NCBI GenBank assembly: GCA_018650165.1
Contig: JABIGM010000051.1
Location: 1-31,681 of the forward strand
Source: Methanobacteriota archaeon
GTDB lineage: Archaea > Thermoplasmatota > Poseidoniia > Poseidoniales > Poseidoniaceae
Reading direction: 5' to 3'
DNA: 31,681 nt
Part shown: one piece after another, positions 5,987 to 14,937 of the stretch
Layout of the letters: every line of letters begins with the position of its first letter
Position numbering within the stretch: position 1 is the first letter of the stretch
Position numbers and translations under genes: made by a program
Notes under the pieces: model-generated
What the model was told of the DNA's origin: nothing
The model's database searches: none
Seen by the model: the letters and a program-made list of their open reading frames with translations, nothing else

Positions 5987-8401
5987 ATGCGGAGAGCCGT
6001 TGTAGTGGTCTTTTTACTGGCGTCAATGCTGATTCCAGTGGCTCAGGCGAGTGGCGGAGTTATCGATTCTGTCATTATTAGCGGGGATGGTGAAGTCGGC
6101 GCCGGCCCCATCTCTCTAAACATCTCATTAATCGGTGTAGCTGGTACTAATTCTGCCTCGGTTAATTGGAGTGCAACTTTGAGTGATTCTGAGGGAAATT
6201 TAATTGATTCTGACAGTGGAAATGAACTGGTTGATGATGGAAATACCAACTATGTTGAATCCATGCTTGGTAATGCACCACTTGGATATTCTAATTTGAC
6301 AATTACACTGACTGGCGACATTGGAACTCCTGGTATGAATCAGTGGACTACTTACTATGCAACTATACAGCGGCTACGTCCTCTCGATATCTCAGTTGGT
6401 AATCCTACCTTTACAGGAGTAAACTCAACTGGCGTAGATACTGCGAATTTGACAATTAATGATGGTGATTTTGCAAGGATCGATGTACCGGTCATCAATA
6501 ATGGAGATATTGTTTGGAATGGTTCACTTAATTTGACATTAGAGGATTCAGAAAATCATTCATTGGCAGTTAACATAGCACCAGATTCGACTTTGATATA
6601 TTCTTTCATGACAACTCGGTTAGTCGAAGGTTCACACAGTGTTGAACTGCTACTAAGCGGCCCACTCGATTCAGATCCGAGCGACGATTTTATTTCAGCG
6701 CAAATATTAGTGGGGCCTCCGCCTTTACCTGAATTGGTATTGACAGTTCAACGCTTGAATGAACCACAACCTGGCGCTAGTATCTCTTGGAATGTAACAG
6801 CCACAAATTCAGGCGATGCACAATTTGATGGGTTGGTAATATGTTGGTTTGATGGTGAAGAAATATTCTCTGAGAATGTGCTAATCTCAGTTTCTGCAAG
6901 TTCATATGCCACTGCCACGATGACATCAAAGCCAGGACAATTACTCTGCAGTTCAGCAGAAGCAAGAACTTCCTCCACCAGTAATGCAACTGATTCCGTT
7001 TCGATGGTCTCTGCTATATTTATTGGTGCAGGCCATTCAACCCCAACTCTTCTTGGTGGGCCATGGCACGCTGGTGATGATGTTACACTTTCGATGCTAC
7101 TTCGCAATGAAGGAGATGCAATTGGGAATGCGAGTTTGCGCATAGAAGTTGATGGGGAATTACAAAATGGTACTTCGACAACCCTTGAAGGTGGTAAGGC
7201 AGGGGAAGTGAGCCAAATAATTTCATTTACATCTGCAGGGGAGCATACAGTAAATTGGAGTGTATTCAGTCCCGATGGGGCAGTAGATACCAATCTTTCA
7301 GGTAGTGTAATTATCCCAGTACTTTTCTCTCAAGTCATCGTTATGAATATCGAAACGGTTTCAGTTGTTGATGATGGAATCAAGATTTCTTGGTCAATCG
7401 ATTTGTCAGAGGGACGTGACAGAATTGCCATTCTAAATTTTGGTGTAATTAATGATGGGTTAAAAGGAGAAGAAATAGCAGAGGAAAGAAATTTACTTCC
7501 AGGAATTACATATGGGTCTATGACAATTGGTTTTCAAGATGGACAGGAAACATTTGCTAGCATTTCAGTTAGTGGGTGGACTATCGGTTTCGGTTCCTAT
7601 GTGGAAGATACAGAAATCGTCCCTGATTATACGATTAGCCCACAAGTAACAGTTAGCCCTTCAACTCAACCCAGCACTCCAAGTTCAGGTTCACAGGTAA
7701 ATGTATACTTTACTTTGAGAAATTTGGGGGAGGGGACAATTCCTGCAGGTCAAATTGTAATTACTGATGGGGATGGGACAATACTATCCTCAATAGTTAG
7801 TGCAAAAATGGAAGAATCATCCCGTGATGAGAGCGCTGTTGTAAACTGGCCTAAAGGAGATTCAGTGAAATTGATTGTTACTTGGCATGTTGCTGGAGCT
7901 ACTGTAAGTGATGAAGTTCAGGTCATTTCTGAGGCTTTAGAAAGTAGTAGTGACGAATTTGTAATTCCTTGGGGAGGAATATTGGGAGGATTAGTCGTTG
8001 GCATGGTTGTTATTTTTGCGATCCGAATCAAGAATTCCCCGAAAAAGAAAACGGTATCTCAGAAGAAAGAAACGAAAAAGGTAGAACCCACAGATGAGAA
8101 GGTTGAGGTGGCATGTCCTTCATGCGACCGCAGATTACGAGTCCCAACTACTTACAATGGCGGCGTTAGATGCCCCGAATGTGAAACTAGGTTTGATGTT
8201 GAAGCCGAGGTTCAAGAAACTGAAGAAAGTGACACTGAGCCAATTCCTGAACAATCAGATGACCAGTTGTGGGCAGCATCAGATAACGATATTCTGGGTT
8301 GCCCTAAATGCACTCGGAAATTGAAAGTACCATTCGACCGTAGACCTGCTAAGGCACGCTGCCCTGCTTGTGAAACAATTTTCGAAGCAAGGGTGGAATG
8401 A
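5987..8401 (+). CDS. Large membrane-anchored surface protein: signal peptide, CARDB/Ig-like repeats, TM helix, two cytoplasmic zinc ribbons
   Basis: Signal peptide MRRAVVVVFLLASMLIPVAQA; repeated VxxxNxG beta-sandwich motifs; TM WGGILGGLVVGMVVIFAI; CPSC..CPEC and CPKC..CPAC. Confidence 0.7.
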   Translation: MRRAVVVVFLLASMLIPVAQASGGVIDSVIISGDGEVGAGPISLNISLIGVAGTNSASVNWSATLSDSEGNLIDSDSGNELVDDGNTNYVESMLGNAPLGYSNLTITLTGDIGTPGMNQWTTYYATIQRLRPLDISVGNPTFTGVNSTGVDTANLTINDGDFARIDVPVINNGDIVWNGSLNLTLEDSENHSLAVNIAPDSTLIYSFMTTRLVEGSHSVELLLSGPLDSDPSDDFISAQILVGPPPLPELVLTVQRLNEPQPGASISWNVTATNSGDAQFDGLVICWFDGEEIFSENVLISVSASSYATATMTSKPGQLLCSSAEARTSSTSNATDSVSMVSAIFIGAGHSTPTLLGGPWHAGDDVTLSMLLRNEGDAIGNASLRIEVDGELQNGTSTTLEGGKAGEVSQIISFTSAGEHTVNWSVFSPDGAVDTNLSGSVIIPVLFSQVIVMNIETVSVVDDGIKISWSIDLSEGRDRIAILNFGVINDGLKGEEIAEERNLLPGITYGSMTIGFQDGQETFASISVSGWTIGFGSYVEDTEIVPDYTISPQVTVSPSTQPSTPSSGSQVNVYFTLRNLGEGTIPAGQIVITDGDGTILSSIVSAKMEESSRDESAVVNWPKGDSVKLIVTWHVAGATVSDEVQVISEALESSSDEFVIPWGGILGGLVVGMVVIFAIRIKNSPKKKTVSQKKETKKVEPTDEKVEVACPSCDRRLRVPTTYNGGVRCPECETRFDVEAEVQETEESDTEPIPEQSDDQLWAASDNDILGCPKCTRKLKVPFDRRPAKARCPACETIFEARVE

Positions 8402-8437
8402 CATATATTCAATTGTAATGGCTAGGGTGGAGATTGT

Positions 8438-9094
8438 ATGGGGGCGGGCCATTTTCAGGAATTCGAGGATGAATATCTAGAAACTCTCTACGACTTCCAT
8501 GAAAAATACCCCGGTCAAAGGGTCAGAAATGGCGACCTTGCAAAATATCTAGATGTATCCCCCGCATCTGCTACCGAAATGGTCCAGCGTTTAGCAAAAA
8601 ATGGTTTTGTAGATTATGTTCCCTACAAGGGAGTTAGTCTCACTGCGGATGGATTAGCACATGGAATGATGATGAAAAGGCGCCACCGCCTTGCAGAAGT
8701 TTTACTGACACTTCTGCCGTTTGATGGTGATGTTCACGCGACTGCATGTCGGTTAGAGCATGCATTCGATGATGACCTCGAGGTATGCATTTCACTGCTG
8801 TTGGGTAATCCGAAAACGGATCCCTCTGGAAAAGAGATTCCTCCTGCAAATTCAAGGATTTCTAAAAAGTTAGAAAAAAATACAAATTTATGCATATTCA
8901 AGAACCTACCATTTGATTCATCTGGTGAAATAATCTTGATTATGACTACATCGAATGCGAGAACAATTCTAGCACATACTGGATTAAACGTCGGTTCAGT
9001 TATTGAAAGAAATAATGATGGTTTTTTCTGTGAAGGTGTTGCAATAGATATTTCAACAGAACTATCTGAAAGAATAGTATTGAGGTGTGGCTGA
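8438..9094 (+). CDS. DtxR/MntR-family metal-dependent transcriptional regulator
   Basis: HTH LAKYLDVSPASATEMVQRL; metal-site residues RRHRLAE and HATACRLEH; NPKTDPSGKEIP linker. Confidence 0.9.
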   Translation: MGAGHFQEFEDEYLETLYDFHEKYPGQRVRNGDLAKYLDVSPASATEMVQRLAKNGFVDYVPYKGVSLTADGLAHGMMMKRRHRLAEVLLTLLPFDGDVHATACRLEHAFDDDLEVCISLLLGNPKTDPSGKEIPPANSRISKKLEKNTNLCIFKNLPFDSSGEIILIMTTSNARTILAHTGLNVGSVIERNNDGFFCEGVAIDISTELSERIVLRCG

Positions 9095-10572
9095 TGAGTA
9101 GGTTAGATGAAATCCGTGCGAAGGAAGAAAAATTCCATGGCATTGACAGCCAATTCTTGACAGAAGGCCTTCGACTGGTATTATTATTACCTGCATTTTC
9201 GTTATTGTTTTTCTTTGGAGCATGGGCTTACAAAGGAACTAGCCCAGAATGGTGGCTGAAAAATATAGAGCCATCAGTTGGATTTGATTTTGCAACAAGT
9301 TTGACGCTTATGGCAATCACAATCTTGTTGGGATTTTGCACCGGGCTCAATATCCATCGCCACAGAGTTCGCTTGACGAGGATGGTTTTTCGAGCAGAGG
9401 TTGCCGCAGCCGAAGAAGCTCACCGCCCAGTAACTAGCATGCATGGTTATGCTTCAGTAGCGGGTTTGATTTCTCGTACTATGGCTAGTCACAACACTGC
9501 TTTGTGGTTGGGCGTCTTGGCAACAATCTTAGCATCAATTGTAGCATATTTAGACTCGGATTCAGAAATTGGTCAGCGTGGATTACTGGCTAGCGCTGCA
9601 TTGGTTACTATGGCGATTGGGCAACATTTGTCAACACGTAATCGTAAATTCAACATGGTCACAAATGACGGACTTCTTACCGCTTATTCCCCCCCTCTTC
9701 ACCCTTCAACACTAGAAATGGTGTTCTATGACATGCTTCGTACACAGATGGACCCATTATTGTGCAGTAAATTTGATGATTTCATTCTGGATATCGAAGA
9801 ACACATCCGTACGGGTGTCGAGAGAGAGTTCGCACGAGAAAAATTTCTGATGCTAATGCATCGAAGATACAAAGGTAGTTTAGATCGCAGCACCACTAAC
9901 ATTGAATTAAGCGAAATCCTAACCGATGAAGGTGTGATAGAAATGCTAGGGCATGATGTTTTCACCGAAAGATTATGGGATTCGCTATTTGACCAATCTA
10001 TGAATTCCTACCCTGCATTCTATAGGCTAATTGAGAGGCTTGAACAGGACTTATCAATCGGTAGAAAGCCAGACATGCCAGATCTATTATTCGATGTAGA
10101 TTTGGAAAATATTGTTACAGAGAGGGCGAACTTATTCTGTTATTTCCATAACCTTTCAGATAAGGAAAGACAAGTTGTACTACGAGTTAATTCTCCAGAT
10201 TTCAGACCACATGACCTTTCACTTAGGTACAATCTCAAGCCGGGGCAACGGTCATGGTGGCCTGATGAGGTTGTACCATTGTCATCTGATGGGGATGATG
10301 ACCAATTAGGACGGATGTCAGGCTTACTTCAGGACGGGACACTTGCATGGCAAAATCTCCTTCCCGAAAAGACAGGTGAAGCGACTTTAGGTATCCGTTT
10401 AGAAAATGTAAGTGGTGATTTATTGGTTGGACGACAGATAAATGTCAGAGTTCGGCCAGAATTTGTAAATTGGCTCAGAAATACGAGTTCGCTAACCGCA
10501 TATTTAGTCGGCAGTATTGGACTTGCAGGGGCAATAATTTTACAATTAATTGCGGTTTTATCATCAACATAG
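9094..10572 (+). CDS. Multi-pass membrane protein of unknown function
   Basis: About 4 N-terminal TM segments, a large soluble region and a C-terminal TM. ATG 9094 overlaps the regulator stop (TGATG) and has a GAGGTG SD. Confidence 0.65.
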   Translation: MSRLDEIRAKEEKFHGIDSQFLTEGLRLVLLLPAFSLLFFFGAWAYKGTSPEWWLKNIEPSVGFDFATSLTLMAITILLGFCTGLNIHRHRVRLTRMVFRAEVAAAEEAHRPVTSMHGYASVAGLISRTMASHNTALWLGVLATILASIVAYLDSDSEIGQRGLLASAALVTMAIGQHLSTRNRKFNMVTNDGLLTAYSPPLHPSTLEMVFYDMLRTQMDPLLCSKFDDFILDIEEHIRTGVEREFAREKFLMLMHRRYKGSLDRSTTNIELSEILTDEGVIEMLGHDVFTERLWDSLFDQSMNSYPAFYRLIERLEQDLSIGRKPDMPDLLFDVDLENIVTERANLFCYFHNLSDKERQVVLRVNSPDFRPHDLSLRYNLKPGQRSWWPDEVVPLSSDGDDDQLGRMSGLLQDGTLAWQNLLPEKTGEATLGIRLENVSGDLLVGRQINVRVRPEFVNWLRNTSSLTAYLVGSIGLAGAIILQLIAVLSST

Positions 10573-10624
10573 TACTGAAATTTCTAATCGTAGCATTGAA
10601 GGCCATGATGTCCTCGCAGAAACC

Positions 10625-11632
10625 ATGGCAGAGCATGCGAATGAGGAAACTCGCCCTGACTCCGATTTACGTGACCACCTCCACCAGATGGAATCCAAAG
10701 TCCGTAAATTAAGGGATGGACGTAACAATCACAATGAGCAAGCCAAGCGCTTTGCAGATCAGCGTAATGGGATTCAAACACAGTACTCAGAGCACCGTGA
10801 AAAGGTGGATTTGGCAGTAGCGGAAGTAAAGGTAATTCGTGCTGAACAGAATCTCCACAAAGAGCGCCGTAATGCGATTCAGGCACAAATTAGAGACCTT
10901 ATTGGACAAGCTAAATCCCAGCGAGGCAGCAAGGACGAAAAGAAGTCCGCATCATTCGAATATAACAAACTATCAAGTGAAGTTGCTAATATGGAAAAGG
11001 TCTTTGAAACTCGTGGTGGTATGTCTGCCAAGAAGGAAAAGGAAACGATGAATCTGCTCAAGGTCATGCGTCGACGTATGAAGGAGTTAGAGCCAGAGGT
11101 AAAAGAACTGCAATTAATCAAAGTTGATTTATCAAACCGAGATGAAGCAATTGCAACTCTCAAGGCGAAAGCCGATGAAGCCCACAAACAATTTGTCGAA
11201 TGTCTCGAGAAGATTAAGGGAATGCGTAAAGGCCTAGACGAATTATTCGCTCACAGAGATTTCTTGAAAGGTGAAGGTGACAGATTCCATAAGGAATTTG
11301 TTGCATGCAAAGAAAAGGCTGACGAAGTCCACGCAAAAATAACTGAATTGATGAAAGAAGTGAACGAGGCGAGAGATAAATTGAAAATCGCCCGTGAGGA
11401 ACGTGAATCTTGGATTTCTGACCATAATGAATTAGTTTCCAAAGAAATGAAAACTGGTGCAGAGGATTCAAAGGTTGCTGATTCGATGGTCGAGCACCTT
11501 CTTAGTGCTGGAAATTTATCATTTGGAGGAACTATGTCTGGAGACCGTGCAGGTCTTGGAGTCAAGAAAGGACGTTCTGAAAAGAAGCAGAATATGCGAC
11601 GTGTCAATCTCGTAAAACGTGGAAGGAAGTGA
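10625..11632 (+). CDS. Archaeal coiled-coil protein, COG1340-like (paralog 4)
   Basis: RDGRNNHNEQAK, MEKVFET..KKEKETM, KADEAHKQFV, GDRFHKEFV, KADEVHAKI and a basic tail. Start moved to ATG 10625, with CATTGAAG TATA-like element at 10594-10601. Confidence 0.75.
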   Translation: MAEHANEETRPDSDLRDHLHQMESKVRKLRDGRNNHNEQAKRFADQRNGIQTQYSEHREKVDLAVAEVKVIRAEQNLHKERRNAIQAQIRDLIGQAKSQRGSKDEKKSASFEYNKLSSEVANMEKVFETRGGMSAKKEKETMNLLKVMRRRMKELEPEVKELQLIKVDLSNRDEAIATLKAKADEAHKQFVECLEKIKGMRKGLDELFAHRDFLKGEGDRFHKEFVACKEKADEVHAKITELMKEVNEARDKLKIAREERESWISDHNELVSKEMKTGAEDSKVADSMVEHLLSAGNLSFGGTMSGDRAGLGVKKGRSEKKQNMRRVNLVKRGRK

Positions 11633-12650
11633 TTCGTTGCAAGGCATCATAATGGCCGGGGGCCAGGGCACCCGTCTGATGCCACTTACTGCAAACCGTC
11701 CTAAACCAATGATTCCGGTATTAGGCCGCCCCGTAATCGATTATGTCAAAGATGCAATGGTTGCATCAGGGCTCGAAGAAATTATTGTTACAACTGGATA
11801 TCAAGGTGAACAACTTGTTGAGCATGTATCCACTTGGGAAGTCTCGAGTCGTGTTAACCAGGAAGAAACGCCAATGGGAACAGCCGGAAGTGTACGCCTG
11901 TTGTTTGAAGATTTAGATGGAACGTTTGTCGTTGGTTCTGGAGATTCAGTTGCATCATTTGATATTGCTGATTTACTAAAGGCACATAGAAGGTCTGGTG
12001 CGAAAGTCACAATGGCACTATGGCGCGTCGATGATCCTACTGAATTTGGAATCGTAGGTCTTGCCAATGAAAACCAAGGTGAAGTAGAGTCAAATTTGAG
12101 TGAGGGATATATTTCTCGGTTCAAGGAGAAGCCAACAGCAGATGAAGCATTTTCTAATTTGATTAATGCAGGATTGTACATAATTGAACCAGAGGTGATG
12201 GAATTGGTCCCCCACGGGCAAAAATATGACTTTTCCAAACAATTGTTTCCAGACGTGCTTGCTCGTGGTTGGCCGATGTATGCTAAAACTGTAAATGGAA
12301 TATGGTTTGATGTGGGACACCCCTTTGAGTTACATAATGCGCAAATGGCTTTAATCGAAGGAAGAGATATTCTTCCATTTCCTATGCCAGATGGTGAAGT
12401 TTTACCTGATGGTTCGTTCATTAGCCGAACTGCATCTGTCAGCGGTCATGTTGAAAAATCAATAGTCCTTGAAGGCGCATCTGTAAATGGAGCTGTAGTT
12501 AATTCAGTAGTTATGGCGAACTCCAGAGTAAATGGCATTTCAGAATCATCAATAATTGGTGAAAATTCAGTTATCGACTCGAGAATTCAAAATTGCGTTA
12601 TTGGCGACGGAGTACACCTTGCCATCGATCTTGAAAATGAGCGTCGATGA
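11619..12650 (+). CDS. NDP-sugar pyrophosphorylase (mannose/glucose-1-phosphate nucleotidyltransferase family)
   Basis: IMAGGQGTRLMPLTANRPKPMIP, GTAGS, FKEKP, INAGLY, WFDVG and a C-terminal left-handed beta-helix. Confidence 0.9.
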   Translation: MEGSDSLQGIIMAGGQGTRLMPLTANRPKPMIPVLGRPVIDYVKDAMVASGLEEIIVTTGYQGEQLVEHVSTWEVSSRVNQEETPMGTAGSVRLLFEDLDGTFVVGSGDSVASFDIADLLKAHRRSGAKVTMALWRVDDPTEFGIVGLANENQGEVESNLSEGYISRFKEKPTADEAFSNLINAGLYIIEPEVMELVPHGQKYDFSKQLFPDVLARGWPMYAKTVNGIWFDVGHPFELHNAQMALIEGRDILPFPMPDGEVLPDGSFISRTASVSGHVEKSIVLEGASVNGAVVNSVVMANSRVNGISESSIIGENSVIDSRIQNCVIGDGVHLAIDLENERR

Positions 12651-12708
12651 TAACTTTGCTATGCGGGCCGGGGTGTGATTCTTATACCCCATTTGGCGCC
12701 CATGGCCT

Positions 12709-12954
12709 ATGGGAATCGATGATGGCACAGAACCTGTCCGAAGTTATGACCGCTCGTGGGGTGAAATCGAGGAAATGCTAGAGAAAGCAATCGCTCGTCG
12801 CGAAGAGTGGAAAACATGGTTCGCTCAGTGCCGAAATGATGGAGATAGGGACGGGATGAAAGAAGCCGCTCGAAATCATAAAGCATTGGACGGAGTTATC
12901 AAAACTCTTGAATGGACACTTGGCCAAGAAGGTGTAGACCACCCACTTGATTGA
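12709..12954 (+). CDS. Small helical hypothetical protein (81 aa)
   Basis: Natural composition, amphipathic helices, and it fills the gap between co-oriented genes. Confidence 0.6.
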   Translation: MGIDDGTEPVRSYDRSWGEIEEMLEKAIARREEWKTWFAQCRNDGDRDGMKEAARNHKALDGVIKTLEWTLGQEGVDHPLD

Positions 12955-12989
12955 CAATGCTCATCATCTATCGCTATCCAGCAGTAAAT

Positions 12990-13457
12990 ATGGGAGTCCA
13001 CCACATCTCTTGGCAATCCACTTCGAGTGGGATTGAAGATGAGTACATCCATGCTGCCGCATTGGCATGGCTGATTGGAGATGAAGAGGCAGTTAATATC
13101 GAACGCATGGATTCCTTTCATGGAACTCCAATTCATGTCATTACAGCAGAGATTAAACGTCGCGGACCAGCAACAAAATCACTTGCTCGATTAGGGCAGG
13201 ATACTCTAAACTTGCTGAAGGATGAATTGGACCAGCGAATGGATGAAAACAATGTGATTCACATTAGGCTAGATCTTCTTGATTTGTTATCTGGTAAAAT
13301 CACATTAACAGTTCCCGGTGAACGCCCAACTGTCAAAGGACGTGCGAAATTAGAAGTATATCCTGGCAATACCTCTACAGGAGTTGCAATTGAAACAATA
13401 GATGCAGCACTTCAAGATTCACTTCGCCTCGGCTTACCCGAATCACCTAGGACCTGA
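12990..13457 (+). CDS. Predicted RNA-binding protein, COG1325-like (predicted exosome-associated)
   Basis: S(S)[28 protein letters not shown] and KLEVYPG resemble the family pattern HATEDE / GHxGNPI / RxD..hhhRhD / AYP. Start moved to ATG 12990. Confidence 0.65.
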   Translation: MGVHHISWQSTSSGIEDEYIHAAALAWLIGDEEAVNIERMDSFHGTPIHVITAEIKRRGPATKSLARLGQDTLNLLKDELDQRMDENNVIHIRLDLLDLLSGKITLTVPGERPTVKGRAKLEVYPGNTSTGVAIETIDAALQDSLRLGLPESPRT

Positions 13458-13506
13458 GCAAGCCATTATATCCTCTAACCTGTGGCATTCGTTTGGAGAG
13501 AATCCT

Positions 13507-13782
13507 ATGACTTACGTTGTAACGTCCGCATGTGTCGACCATAAGTACCAAGAATGCGTTGCTGTTTGCCCTGTAGAGGCATTCCGCGAAGCAGAGACCT
13601 ACCTAATTATTGATCCCGATGAATGCATCGATTGTGGTGCATGTGTCCCAGAGTGTCCAGTTGATGCGATCTTCGCAGATACCGAAGTACCTGATGAGGA
13701 AGAAGCATGGATTGACCGAAATGAGGCTGAGTCTGTGGATGCAGAAGTTGCAACAGGTGACACTCCAGTTCTGGCAGACTAA
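13507..13782 (+). CDS. fdxA: 7Fe ([3Fe-4S][4Fe-4S]) ferredoxin, bacterial FdxA/FdI type
   Basis: [46 protein letters not shown] 13507 has a GGAG SD. Confidence 0.88.
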   Translation: MTYVVTSACVDHKYQECVAVCPVEAFREAETYLIIDPDECIDCGACVPECPVDAIFADTEVPDEEEAWIDRNEAESVDAEVATGDTPVLAD

Positions 13783-13840
13783 TTCTGTGGAGAACTACAT
13801 ACGTTCATGAGGAGAAGGCGATACGCTAGGTTTGATTGCT

Positions 13841-14830
13841 ATGGATACGAATCTCAAATCATTACGACATGCAGATGACCTGCTGAAGCGTGGTTTTGCT
13901 TCCATGCTCCAAGGCGGAGTTATCATGGATGTTGTAACTCCAGACCAAGCCGCTGTTGCAGAGGCCGCTGGGGCGGTTTCTGTTATGGCTCTTGAAAGAG
14001 TGCCTGCAGATATTAGGAAAATGGGCGGAGTTGCACGAACATCTCACCCTGATATGATCAAAGGAATCATCGATTGCACTTCCATTCCAGTAATGGCGAA
14101 ATCTCGAATTGGACATGAGGCTGAATCTCAAGTCTTACAAGCTCTTGGAGTTGATATGGTTGATGAATCAGAGGTTCTAACTCCTGCCGACCCGTACTTC
14201 CACATCAACAAAAACGCTCATGATATTCCATTTGTTTGTGGTGCAACCGGACTAGGGGAAGCGGTTAGAAGAATCTACGAAGGCGCCGCTATGATTCGAA
14301 CAAAAGGAGAAGCGGGAACAGGGAATGTAGTTGCCGCAATGACTCATGCAAGGCTGATTGAGCAAGAAATCCGTCAAGTCCAAAGTTTGGATGATGCGGG
14401 TCTTGATGATGCGGCATACATAATCATGGACAGGTATAGTGTTCTTGCGAATGATAGCAAATTACCAGGAGTTTCGAATGTGACTCCCTTCGGGCCAATT
14501 GATGATGAAATGCATGGAAGCATCCGTGATATTTTAGTCGAAGTAGCAGAATTAGGTCGCTTGCCGGTAGTAACTTTCTGTGCAGGTGGAATTGCAACAC
14601 CGGCTGACGCGTCCTTAATGATGCAAATGGGAGTCGATGGAATCTTCGTGGGTTCAGGTATTTTCAAGTCCGAGGACCCTGAAACAATGGCTGACGCAAT
14701 AGTAATGGCTACGGCACACTATGATGACCCTGACAAGGTTGCTGAAGCCATGGGCATGATGGCAGGCGAAGCAATGCGTGGCGATGAATTGGAAACTTTA
14801 GAAGTCCGTTTGGACCAAAGAGGATGGTAA
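13841..14830 (+). CDS. pdxS: Pyridoxal 5'-phosphate synthase lyase subunit
   Basis: [58 protein letters not shown]. Confidence 0.96.
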   Translation: MDTNLKSLRHADDLLKRGFASMLQGGVIMDVVTPDQAAVAEAAGAVSVMALERVPADIRKMGGVARTSHPDMIKGIIDCTSIPVMAKSRIGHEAESQVLQALGVDMVDESEVLTPADPYFHINKNAHDIPFVCGATGLGEAVRRIYEGAAMIRTKGEAGTGNVVAAMTHARLIEQEIRQVQSLDDAGLDDAAYIIMDRYSVLANDSKLPGVSNVTPFGPIDDEMHGSIRDILVEVAELGRLPVVTFCAGGIATPADASLMMQMGVDGIFVGSGIFKSEDPETMADAIVMATAHYDDPDKVAEAMGMMAGEAMRGDELETLEVRLDQRGW

Positions 14831-14833
14831 TGA

Positions 14834-14848
14834 CACCCCGTAGGGGTG
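14834..14848 (+). terminator. Hairpin CACCCC-GTA-GGGGTG followed by GCTTTT, 3 nt after the pdxS stop
   Basis: Perfect 6-bp stem, GTA loop and a short T-tract. Confidence 0.45.
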
Positions 14849-14937
14849 GCTTTTGGTTCATCTGTTGCCTTCATATATGGCATGTTTGTGCGAGGCTTGC
14901 AAGTGGGGTAGCCCCCGCAATCTGAGAGTTGATTCAA

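Noticed and set aside
14417-14527. About 35-aa insertion in PdxS; no pdxT nearby
   Set aside because: Comparable insertions are known in euryarchaeal PdxS proteins (e.g. Pyrococcus, Methanocaldococcus), and pdxT is often unlinked.
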